32,000 nt of DNA, taken from contig NC_018655.1 of NCBI RefSeq assembly GCF_000299365.1, forward strand, positions 210,001-242,000, read 5' to 3'. This document shows, in pieces, positions 10,577 through 18,336 of this stretch. This stretch comes from Candidatus Nitrosopumilus koreensis AR1. GTDB lineage: Archaea > Thermoproteota > Nitrososphaeria > Nitrososphaerales > Nitrosopumilaceae. Both the position numbers and the translations under genes were made by a program. The notes beneath the pieces were generated by a model that saw nothing but the letters and a program-made list of their open reading frames with translations, was not told the DNA's origin and did not search any database. The first letter of the stretch is position 1, and every line of letters begins with the position of its first letter.

Positions 10577-10619
10577 GATGAGCCTCTATTGAAAAAATTT
10601 CCCATTGTTAATTAAATCT

Positions 10620-10713
10620 TGGTGCTCCAGCCGGGACTTTCATCGATTGATTTTGAACCCGGGATCACTGCCTTGAAAGGGCAGTATGCTTGACCGGTCT
10701 ACACCACTGGAAC
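10620..10713 (-). tRNA. tRNA-Glu(TTC) with a noncanonical 15-nt intron (10637-10651) in the T-loop; CCA is encoded
   Basis: Reverse complement folds as acceptor GTTCCAG/CTGGAGC, D-stem GTGT/GCAT, anticodon arm CTGCC-CTTTCAA-GGCAG (anticodon TTC), T-stem CCGGG/CCCGG enclosing a 22-nt loop. Removing ATCAATCGATGAAAG leaves TTCAAAT. Confidence 0.93.
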
Positions 10714-10793
10714 CCAAAAAAATTCCGTATTTTGTCCATAAAATCTTTTGTAAACCACAAAGATTTTTTTATTGGCAGATTTGGAGTCAATTC

Positions 10794-11426
10794 ATGAACA
10801 TAATTGAAAAAATTGATGAAATGATTGAGGAAAGAAGTTTACTAAAACATCCATTCTACCAAGCATGGTCTGATGGAAAATTAACAAAAGAATCACTAGC
10901 AGGATATTCAAAGGAATATTTCCAATTGGTCAAAGAGGTTCCATCCTTTATGGCTCCTATAATTGAAAAAGCTCCAGAATCCGTTGTAAAAGAATTAGTT
11001 GAAAATCAACAAGAAGAATCTGATCACATTAAACCATGGATTGCTTTTGCAAGTGAACTTGGAATTTCTGAAGATGAATTATTATCATATTCAGGTTTGC
11101 CAAAAACCAGAAAAGCTGTATCTGATTTGAATGAATTAATGGATACTTTTGAAAGTGGTGCATGTGCAATGTATGCATTTGAAAAAGAAATTCCAAAAAT
11201 CAGTCAAACAAAACTTGATGGATTAGCGGAATTCTATGGCATGACTAGTAACGAAGCTACAGAATACTTCAAACTACATACTGAAGCTGATGTTAGACAT
11301 GCAGCGTCATGGAGAAATATTCTTGAAAAGTCATCAACTGATTATGACAAATTAATTAAGGTTGCAGAAAAATCAATTTCTGCACAGAATTTGTTATTGG
11401 ACAGTTGTTTTGAAGAATACTGTTAA
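10794..11426 (+). CDS. CADD-like protein (TenA/PqqC/heme-oxygenase-like fold), candidate pABA biosynthesis protein
   Basis: MNIIEKIDEMIEERSLLKHPFYQAWSDGKLTKESLAGYSKEYF...EYFKLHTEADVRHAASW resembles chlamydial CADD from memory. The track start 10686 overlaps the tRNA gene, so ATG 10794 is preferred. Confidence 0.78.
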   Translation: MNIIEKIDEMIEERSLLKHPFYQAWSDGKLTKESLAGYSKEYFQLVKEVPSFMAPIIEKAPESVVKELVENQQEESDHIKPWIAFASELGISEDELLSYSGLPKTRKAVSDLNELMDTFESGACAMYAFEKEIPKISQTKLDGLAEFYGMTSNEATEYFKLHTEADVRHAASWRNILEKSSTDYDKLIKVAEKSISAQNLLLDSCFEEYC

Positions 11427-11436
11427 TCTCATAACA

Positions 11437-11444
11437 TTTTATAC
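11437..11444 (+). promoter_or_regulatory. Archaeal TATA (box A)-like element for the tRNA(CAT) gene
   Basis: TTTTATAC about 24 nt upstream of the mature tRNA 5' end at 11468. Confidence 0.55.
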
Positions 11445-11467
11445 CTAAGAAAAAATTCATCTGCTTA

Positions 11468-11541
11468 GGGCCCGTAACTCAGCTTGGTAGAGTAACCGGC
11501 TCATAACCGGTGAGCCAAGGGATCGAAGCCCTTCGGGCCCA
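11468..11541 (+). tRNA. tRNA with CAT anticodon (Met; elongator/initiator/Ile2 class not resolved)
   Basis: GGGCCCG...CGGGCCC acceptor, D-arm ACTC/GAGT, anticodon arm ACCGG-CTCATAA-CCGGT, T-arm AAGGG-ATCGAAG-CCCTT, 74 nt to the discriminator A. Confidence 0.92.
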
Positions 11542-11584
11542 TATATTTTCAATTAGTTTTAAAACAAGCAAATTCAAATTTTAC

Positions 11585-11649
11585 TGGCTGCAATGAAGAA
11601 TCAGAGTTATATCTGAATGATGATTGGAAGGCATTTGTCTGAGCTGCCA
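11585..11649 (+). ncRNA. Candidate C/D-box sRNA (boundaries approximate)
   Basis: C-like ATGAAGA (11593-11599), D' CTGA (11613-11616), C' ATGATGA (11617-11623), D CTGA (11639-11642). Flanks TGGCTGC/GCTGCCA form an imperfect stem. Confidence 0.35.
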
Positions 11650-11653
11650 AAAC

Positions 11654-12259
11654 TCATTTGCCAATTTGTTTTTTTACTTTGTCTAAAACATCATTGTCCA
11701 CTAGATTTTGTTCATGCAAAGATTCTGTAATCTGCAAAATATTTAGAATTGAATGCATTTTGACTCCAAGCTCCTCCATGGCTTTATCAGCTCCTTCCAT
11801 TCTATTGACAATAACATATGCATCCTTTATGGAAATGTTGACTTCTTTTAACGACTTTATTGCATTTACAACTGAACCGCCAGTTGTTGCTACGTCATCT
11901 ATCATTACTACTTTCATTCCATCGTGAATTTTGCCTTCAACTGATTTTGATGTTCCATAATCTTTTGGTTTACTTCTAACATAGATGAGTGGTTTAACAG
12001 TCTCAATTGCTAATGCAGATGCAATAACTAGACCTCCTGTGGGTACTGAAACTATTGAATCAAACTTGTCTAGTCCTATATTTTGAACAATTTCGTTTTC
12101 AAGATATTTTACCATCTTTCTGAATTCATGAGGATAGCTTGGGACTAATCTCAAATCCACATAGTATGAACTCTTTTTTCCACTGGCTAGTGTAAATTCT
12201 CCAAACTTTATGATGCCTTTTTGATGCAAAAAGGTTGCAAACTCTTTTACAAATTCCAT
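11654..12259 (-). CDS. pyrE: Orotate phosphoribosyltransferase
   Basis: FTLASGKKSSYYVDLR and the PRPP-binding motif VVMIDDVATTGGS. Confidence 0.93.
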   Translation of the reverse strand: MEFVKEFATFLHQKGIIKFGEFTLASGKKSSYYVDLRLVPSYPHEFRKMVKYLENEIVQNIGLDKFDSIVSVPTGGLVIASALAIETVKPLIYVRSKPKDYGTSKSVEGKIHDGMKVVMIDDVATTGGSVVNAIKSLKEVNISIKDAYVIVNRMEGADKAMEELGVKMHSILNILQITESLHEQNLVDNDVLDKVKKQIGK

Positions 12260-12309
12260 ACCAAAATTAACTACACTGGATTTATTTTGGTTTGTATTAT
12301 GAATGAATT

Positions 12310-13392
12310 ATGCCTGAAATCTGGTTAAATTATGGTATTACAGACGTTGTTTTGGATATAAGGGCTGAGAATCTGGAGCAAAAAATTGATTCTGATGGTA
12401 AAATTCTAGATGATTCTTCGATTAATGAAAAACTGAGTACGATTGATTTTTCTAAATCTATAGATCTTGTAGTCTTGCATAATTCAAAATCTGTTCAGAA
12501 AATTATCTCATCTATGTTTACACTATGTGAACAAAAATCAAAACCTTTTCCAAGAATTCTTACTGATAAAAAAATTCTAAACCAAGTCAAAGCAGGATTG
12601 CCAGAAGGCAGCTCAATCAATGAATTTGACAACATGGAAAACCCAAACTCCAATCTTATGTTTGTGGGTGAAATGGAATTTGACGGCCTTTTTGGTTATG
12701 AAACAATCTCTACACGACTTATCAAAAAATTTGGTTTAGAGTCTATGCTCTCAGCATATGCAAAAAGACAAGGAAATCTTCCTGTTCCAGGACAATATCC
12801 TGAAAGTCTTCAAGAAGCAAAAAAATTCTCTGACAACTTTGAAATTCAAGGAATTGAAATTATTGCAAATTCTCAAGGAATAATAGATTTTTCAATTGAC
12901 CATCCTTCAGAAACTATGTCTAACACCAAAACTCTAGAATCCAACTCGATTAAAGATGTAGGCCAACATAAAACAATGATAATCAGCACTGGTAAAGATG
13001 CTAGCAATGATAATCTTGGAAAATCTTTTTCGTCTCTCTGGAATTGTTCTAATGCAATCAAAAAAGATGGCCTTGCTATTTTAGTTGCTGAATGTAAAGG
13101 AGGGCTGGGATCTGATGCAATTCAACAATATATTGAAGACCGATTGAGTTTAGAGCAATTACGAAACCCTACAAAATACATTAGTGGGATGGAAGACCTT
13201 TTGTTTCTTTCAGAAATCCAAAAGAATTTTCAGATTGGACTGGTTTCAATTTTGCCTGAATTCTATGCAAAGAAACTAAACATGATTTCATTACCTGGAA
13301 TTAAATATTCTATGGATTATATTTTGAAAACACAAGGTGCAAGACAAAAAGTTGTAGTGGTGTCTGATGGTGCACGACTTTTACTAAGGTAA
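12310..13392 (+). CDS. Divergent LarA (DUF2088/nickel-dependent lactate racemase)-like protein
   Basis: N-terminus EIWLNYGITDVVLDIRAENL and C-terminus GLAILVAECKGGLGSDA resemble LarA; the central catalytic motifs are not recognisable. Confidence 0.5.
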   Translation: MPEIWLNYGITDVVLDIRAENLEQKIDSDGKILDDSSINEKLSTIDFSKSIDLVVLHNSKSVQKIISSMFTLCEQKSKPFPRILTDKKILNQVKAGLPEGSSINEFDNMENPNSNLMFVGEMEFDGLFGYETISTRLIKKFGLESMLSAYAKRQGNLPVPGQYPESLQEAKKFSDNFEIQGIEIIANSQGIIDFSIDHPSETMSNTKTLESNSIKDVGQHKTMIISTGKDASNDNLGKSFSSLWNCSNAIKKDGLAILVAECKGGLGSDAIQQYIEDRLSLEQLRNPTKYISGMEDLLFLSEIQKNFQIGLVSILPEFYAKKLNMISLPGIKYSMDYILKTQGARQKVVVVSDGARLLLR

Positions 13393-14490
13393 TAAACTAG
13401 GCAAAAAATCTGATGGCAATGGTGCACATAAAATTGCTAATCCAATGATTCCAATGTATGCAAGTTTTCTCTTTTTTGAAAGTGGCGAAATATCATCTAA
13501 TGGCATCGCACTAGGATTTCTTGTGCTCATTACCAAAATCAAAATTGCCATTAACCAATAATTTAACAAAACTAGAATTGCCATACTTCCATAAGTTGCA
13601 TATCTGTGCAATTTTGGACCAAGTAGTGTTCTGGCCATATGGCCTCCATCTAATTGCCATGCGGGAAGTAAATTCAAAAATGTGATTAAAAATCCAATCC
13701 AAGCTGCAAACATTATGGGCGTCATAATAACTTCTTGACCTGAACCTCCTTTTCCAAACATTGCTAGACTTGCAGTCATTAACAATGGTTCACCTTGTTC
13801 CCATTCCATCAATCTAGATTCTTCGAAGAGCCCTGCTGCAATATCTGGATCTAAAATTGGTGCTGTATATGCTCCATAAATTGAAACAATTATTGCAATA
13901 ACTAATCCTGCAATTGGACCTGCAATGGCAACATCAAATAAAATTTCTCTATTGATAGTTAACCCTCTTGATTGAATGAATGCTCCAAACGTTGGTATTC
14001 CTATTACCGGTAAACCTGGAATAAAATATGGCCAAGTTGTTTTTAGTTTGTGTGCTTTGGCTGCAATAATATGTCCTAATTCATGAATTCCTAAAATCCC
14101 TAATAGTGATAATGTGTAAACTCCTGCCATTTCCAAGGGTTCACCAATCTCTACAATTGAGTTTGTTCCAGATGTCCTATAATACCCATCAATCATAACA
14201 AATGTTACTACAATTGCAAACAAAATTCTAGGTGTCCATGCGGTTTTCATCCATCTTCTTTGCTGCTTTGGAGCAAATTTCTGAATAATAACAAATTTCT
14301 TCCCTTCTTTCTGTTCTAATCTACATGCAAAACTCATGCCTTCTAACTTTCTAGCTAAGTTCTCAAATTTTGACTTGAACTCTCCATCCTCTATTTGAAA
14401 TTCTAAGGAAAACTCTGTTTTTATAAAATCACTTACACTAAATATTGAATTGACCAGAGAAATTATATCCTCTTGGGAATGCTCTTCCAT
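13384..14490 (-). CDS. Site-2 protease family (M50) membrane metalloprotease
   Basis: HELGH (GIHELGHIIAAKAH) and LPAWQLDGGHMAR motifs, multiple hydrophobic segments. Confidence 0.87.
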   Translation of the reverse strand: MEEHSQEDIISLVNSIFSVSDFIKTEFSLEFQIEDGEFKSKFENLARKLEGMSFACRLEQKEGKKFVIIQKFAPKQQRRWMKTAWTPRILFAIVVTFVMIDGYYRTSGTNSIVEIGEPLEMAGVYTLSLLGILGIHELGHIIAAKAHKLKTTWPYFIPGLPVIGIPTFGAFIQSRGLTINREILFDVAIAGPIAGLVIAIIVSIYGAYTAPILDPDIAAGLFEESRLMEWEQGEPLLMTASLAMFGKGGSGQEVIMTPIMFAAWIGFLITFLNLLPAWQLDGGHMARTLLGPKLHRYATYGSMAILVLLNYWLMAILILVMSTRNPSAMPLDDISPLSKKRKLAYIGIIGLAILCAPLPSDFLPSLLP

Positions 14491-14542
14491 TCTTTATGAC
14501 TAATTCTTTCCATTAAATGGTCTTTTGGTTTAAAATTAAATA

Positions 14543-15061
14543 TTGATGGTCTTAATCCATAGTATGCAAGTAATTCTCAGACAACTAGGTGATTGTAATA
14601 TTAGACGTGCTGAACCAAGTGATCTTATTCCTGTTATGGAAATTAATTTGAAAACACTCCCTGAGCACTATTCTGATTATTTCTATGAAAGCTTACTTGC
14701 AGAACTCCCTGAGGCATTCATTGTAGCTGAGATTGGGGGAAAGCATGTTGGATATATTATGTGTAAAACTGAATATGGTTTTTCAAATTTTAAGAAATTG
14801 GGTTTTGTCAAGAAAGGTCATGTTGTATCAATTGCTGTTCTTGATGAATATAGAAAGAGAGGAATTGGAAATGCTCTTGTTGAAGAATCTGTAAAAGGTG
14901 TAAAGGCTAGAAAATGTGATGAATTCTATCTAGAAGTAAGATGTAGTAATAATGAAGCTGTAAGATTGTATGAAAAACTTGGATTTGTAATTAGACAACA
15001 GCTCAATGCCTACTATCGTGATGGTGAAGATGCTTATCTTATGGCAATTGAACTAGATTAG
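14543..15061 (+). CDS. RimI/Ard1-type GNAT N-acetyltransferase (start could be 14567)
   Basis: VVSIAVLDEYRKRGIGNALVEES and LEVRCSNNEAVRLYEKLGFV are GNAT/Ard1 motifs. Confidence 0.88.
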   Translation: MMVLIHSMQVILRQLGDCNIRRAEPSDLIPVMEINLKTLPEHYSDYFYESLLAELPEAFIVAEIGGKHVGYIMCKTEYGFSNFKKLGFVKKGHVVSIAVLDEYRKRGIGNALVEESVKGVKARKCDEFYLEVRCSNNEAVRLYEKLGFVIRQQLNAYYRDGEDAYLMAIELD

Positions 15062-15098
15062 TTAAAACCAATAAATAACTCTCGAAAAATTCTCCGCC

Positions 15099-15317
15099 AT
15101 GGACAAACGCAAAGGGATGGGCATTACCATCTTTCTTCTTTGCATTGGTGGATTCTTTCTTTATGCTTATTTGTTAATGCTTTCTGAATGGAGTCCTATT
15201 GTATTGCAATTATCTGTATTAATGATTGCAGGAGGAATTCTTGGAGTTGTTGCATGGATTGGATATGTTATGGCAACAACAAAACCTTCATCTGCATCAG
15301 TTACTTCAGACGATTAA
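15099..15317 (+). CDS. Small membrane protein, unknown function (two predicted TM segments)
   Basis: 72-aa ORF with two hydrophobic stretches, in a gap between two annotated genes. Confidence 0.6.
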   Translation: MDKRKGMGITIFLLCIGGFFLYAYLLMLSEWSPIVLQLSVLMIAGGILGVVAWIGYVMATTKPSSASVTSDD

Positions 15318-15318
15318 T

Positions 15319-16155
15319 CTACTTGAAAATTTTTACATCTACAACGGTTTGATAATATCTAGGACCCACTGGTCTAACAATTTTTGATCCTAGTATTTCT
15401 GATTTTACTGGTGTTACTTGAAGATAATGTTCTTCTGAAAGTTTTCCTGCATCTGATTTTTTATCTGCATGTATGTGAGAATAATAATGAATAACCCCTC
15501 CATTTTTAGTAGTCTTTATTGCAGATTCTAAAAATTCATCTGACCTTTCTGGTAATAACATTAAGGTTCTATCTGATTTGTCTACAAGCTGTTCATTAAT
15601 AATTTGAGTTGCATCCCCATTAATTGAAATGACTTGTCCTGCAAGTTTGTTTAATCTGATATTTCTTTCACACAACTTTGATGCAATTGGATTGATGTCT
15701 ATACTATACACAGTGCATTTTTTCTTTTTTGCAGCAATAACTGAAAACATTCCTACCCCTGCAAACATGTTTGTCACCACTTCATCTTTTTGAATTAGGC
15801 TTGCTATTCTGTCTCTTTCAGTAGATAGTCTGGGCGAAAAAAATGCATTTTCAACATCCACTACAAATTTACAGCCAAATTCCTTGTATTCTGTTTTTGT
15901 GTTATCTTCTCCTGCTATGATCTCAAGATTACGTGTACGAAAATCTCCTTCCACTGCAGATGCTTGGTAAAATACACTTCTTGCAATTTTTACATCATTC
16001 AATAATGTCTCACCAATAATTTTCTTTTTAGGTAAAAGCGATTCTGGTATTCGTACAATAATAATGTCGCCAATTTGATCAAATGCTGAGATTAACTCTT
16101 CGCTTTCTTTTGGTGAAAGTATGTTTTCAAGTGATTTTTTTAGCATTCGGGTCAA
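15319..16155 (-). CDS. Trm5/TYW2-like class I SAM methyltransferase
   Basis: ENAFFSPRLSTERDRIA...VVTNMFAGVGMFSVIAAKK...VYSIDINPIASKLCERNIRLN, typical Trm5-family motifs. Confidence 0.82.
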   Translation of the reverse strand: MTRMLKKSLENILSPKESEELISAFDQIGDIIIVRIPESLLPKKKIIGETLLNDVKIARSVFYQASAVEGDFRTRNLEIIAGEDNTKTEYKEFGCKFVVDVENAFFSPRLSTERDRIASLIQKDEVVTNMFAGVGMFSVIAAKKKKCTVYSIDINPIASKLCERNIRLNKLAGQVISINGDATQIINEQLVDKSDRTLMLLPERSDEFLESAIKTTKNGGVIHYYSHIHADKKSDAGKLSEEHYLQVTPVKSEILGSKIVRPVGPRYYQTVVDVKIFK

Positions 16156-17939
16156 TTCTTGTAATAGAAATTACCCGAAGATTTTTGGTCTTTGTCCAAC
16201 CTACTCTCAAGTTTATTTACTCTGGGTCTGAGACTTTTTTCATCACGTCTAAATGACATATCAAGTGATTTGAGAAATCTATTCATTGCATCTGCTTTTG
16301 GCATTGGAGATGTAGCTATACCTGCAACACCTGATTCTCCTTCAAAAATTACCATGGAATCTGAAATCAAATCCATTAACTGTAAATCATGATCAATTAC
16401 TATTGCCGATTTTCCAAACGAGCGAACAAATTTCTGTAAGAATTTTGCAACTGCTATTCTATCTTCTACATCTAAAAATGCTGAAGGCTCATCAAGTGCA
16501 TACAAATCTACTTTTTGCAATAAACATGATGCTACTGCAACTTTTTGTAATTCTCCTCCTGAAAGGTTCTTGACAGATTTATTGTATAATTTTTTTATCT
16601 TTAATGGATCAAGAATCTGTTCTTCTTCCATACTTCCTTCCACTTGACCTCCATTTGCCTTGTCTAACAGTGCTACTACTTCTACATCTATGTCGTTTTG
16701 AAGATATTGTGGTTTGTAAGCTATTTTGATTTTTTTATCAATACTACCTGAATCTGGTTTTTCAACACCTGCAATCATCTTCATCATGGTTGTTTTTCCT
16801 AAGGCATTGGCACCCATTATGCCTAAGACTTCGCCTTTTCTAACCTGTCCAGGCTCAATTGTTACTGAAAATGTTGGATATTTTTTCTCTAGTTTCGGAT
16901 ATATGACAACCTCGCTTCCCTCCTGAAATTCATCTGTAGAAGACGAAGACACATCGAAAGAAAATTTCTTATCTCTAAATCTAACATTTTCATTTGGTAG
17001 ATAGCCGTCAAGAAATACATTGATTCCTACTTTGGTTGATAAAATATTTGAAACAATTCCGTATGCAGTTGGTTCACCGTATAATACTTCGATATAATCA
17101 CTAAGAAAATCTAGTAATGTAAGGTCATGTTCTACTACCATCACACTTTTTCCAATCTTAGCTAAACTCTGAATCACACGTGCTACTCCTGTTCTTTGAA
17201 AAACATCATTGTATGATGAAGGTTCATCAAAAAAGTAGAATTCTGTATCTTTTGATGCAGCAGCTGCTACTGCAATTCGTTGTAATTCTCCACCGCTTAA
17301 TTCCTTTAGATTTTGCTCCATAGAATTTTCTAATCCTAACTCTTTGATTAATTCTCTAGAAACACCACGTTCATCGTATTTTTCAATTAATTCATTTCCT
17401 GTTCCGTCAAATGCCTGTGCAATATGATGAACTTGTTGTGGTTTTATTGATGCACGAATTTGATTCTGTTTGATTTTTTCAAAATGTTGTTTAAGTTCAG
17501 TTCCGCTGTAGTATTTTAGAATCTCATCCCAATCAGGTGGATTTTCATATCTTCCTAGATTTGGTTTTAAGTTTCCTGATAAAATATTGACAACTGTGCT
17601 TTTCCCCATACCATTTCTTCCTAATAGTCCTACTACCTCTCCTTTCTTTGGGGTTGGTAATTTGAAGAGTCTAAATGAGTTAGGACCGTATTGATGAATT
17701 TTGTCAGTCGCTAACTCACTTGCTAAATTTACAATTGTTATTGCATCAAATGGACATACTTTAACACATATCCCACAACCATTACAAATATCCTCATCTA
17801 TCTGGGCTTTTTTTGATTCTTCATTTAGAACAATACAATCTGCACCCGATTTGTTTACTGGGCAATATTTTATGCACTCCAGACCGCATTTTTTAGGCTG
17901 ACAAAGCTCGTGATCTAGAACACCTACTCTATGTGTCAT
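16152..17939 (-). CDS. Ribosome recycling ATPase ABCE1/Rli1
   Basis: N-terminal Fe-S cysteine pattern (CQPKKCGLECIKYCP; CNGCGICVKVCPF), two ABC domains (GRNGMGKST, LSGGELQRI; GANALGKTT, LSGGELQKV). Confidence 0.97.
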   Translation of the reverse strand: MTHRVGVLDHELCQPKKCGLECIKYCPVNKSGADCIVLNEESKKAQIDEDICNGCGICVKVCPFDAITIVNLASELATDKIHQYGPNSFRLFKLPTPKKGEVVGLLGRNGMGKSTVVNILSGNLKPNLGRYENPPDWDEILKYYSGTELKQHFEKIKQNQIRASIKPQQVHHIAQAFDGTGNELIEKYDERGVSRELIKELGLENSMEQNLKELSGGELQRIAVAAAASKDTEFYFFDEPSSYNDVFQRTGVARVIQSLAKIGKSVMVVEHDLTLLDFLSDYIEVLYGEPTAYGIVSNILSTKVGINVFLDGYLPNENVRFRDKKFSFDVSSSSTDEFQEGSEVVIYPKLEKKYPTFSVTIEPGQVRKGEVLGIMGANALGKTTMMKMIAGVEKPDSGSIDKKIKIAYKPQYLQNDIDVEVVALLDKANGGQVEGSMEEEQILDPLKIKKLYNKSVKNLSGGELQKVAVASCLLQKVDLYALDEPSAFLDVEDRIAVAKFLQKFVRSFGKSAIVIDHDLQLMDLISDSMVIFEGESGVAGIATSPMPKADAMNRFLKSLDMSFRRDEKSLRPRVNKLESRLDKDQKSSGNFYYKN

Positions 17940-17962
17940 GTCGTAATCGGGTATTTTCTTTG

Positions 17963-17971
17963 TTTTATACC
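17963..17971. promoter_or_regulatory. TATA-like element between divergent rli1 and 5S rRNA
   Basis: TTTTATACC on +, GGTATAAAA on -; on the minus strand it lies at leaderless-promoter distance from the rli1 ATG at 17939. Confidence 0.5.
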
Positions 17972-18034
17972 TATTTTGAATATGTTTGATGATGGCGTTA
18001 CGTTAATAGATGAGAATCTGATATCAATTTTCAA

Positions 18035-18147
18035 GCCGGCCATAGCGTTAGGGTGCGACCCAATCCCTTTCCGAACTTGGAAGTCAAACCTGACGTCGCT
18101 GTTGTGCTACTAAGATGCGAGAGCCCTTGGGAAGCAACAGTGCTGGC
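18035..18147 (+). rRNA. rrf: 5S ribosomal RNA
   Basis: GCCGGCCATAGCG...GGGTGCGACCCAATCCCTTTCCGAACTTGGAAGTCAAACC...GGGAAGC...GTGCTGGC; terminal helix GCCGGC/GCTGGC; CCGAACTTGGAAGTCAA is the 5S signature. Confidence 0.92.
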
Positions 18148-18206
18148 ATTTTCTAATTTTCAATCAATCTTTTAATATCCAATTAACTTGATTAATGTGA
18201 TTTCAA

Positions 18207-18335
18207 ATGCCTAATTGTAGTGTCTGTGGAGAAGACTGTGATAATGACATTAGACTGTTAAACCATATGATGGAAAAGCATGGCTGGAGAAATCCAAATG
18301 TTGGAACTCCTGATAGAAATAGTAGAGGTTATTGA
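18207..18335 (+). CDS. 42-aa C2H2 zinc-finger microprotein (not in the ORF track)
   Basis: MPNCSVCGEDCDNDIRLLNHMMEKHGWRNPNVGTPDRNSRGY*: C-x2-C-x12-H-x4-H. Ends 1 nt before the convergent pepA stop. Confidence 0.72.
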   Translation: MPNCSVCGEDCDNDIRLLNHMMEKHGWRNPNVGTPDRNSRGY

Positions 18336-18336
18336 T

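Noticed and set aside
10631-10662. tRNA-Glu as a degraded pseudogene because of its 22-nt T-loop
   Set aside because: All stems are intact, CCA is encoded, and the extra 15 nt fit a BHB intron exactly, giving a consensus loop.
10686-10793. N-terminal extension of the CADD-like ORF (MLDRSTPLEPKKIPYFVHK...)
   Set aside because: It overlaps the tRNA-Glu gene on the opposite strand and shows no similarity to the family; ATG 10794 is the more likely start.
17981-18026. C/D-box-like sequence (TTGATGATGG...CTGA) upstream of 5S rRNA
   Set aside because: Only one convincing C-like and one D-like box, poor spacing and no terminal stem.
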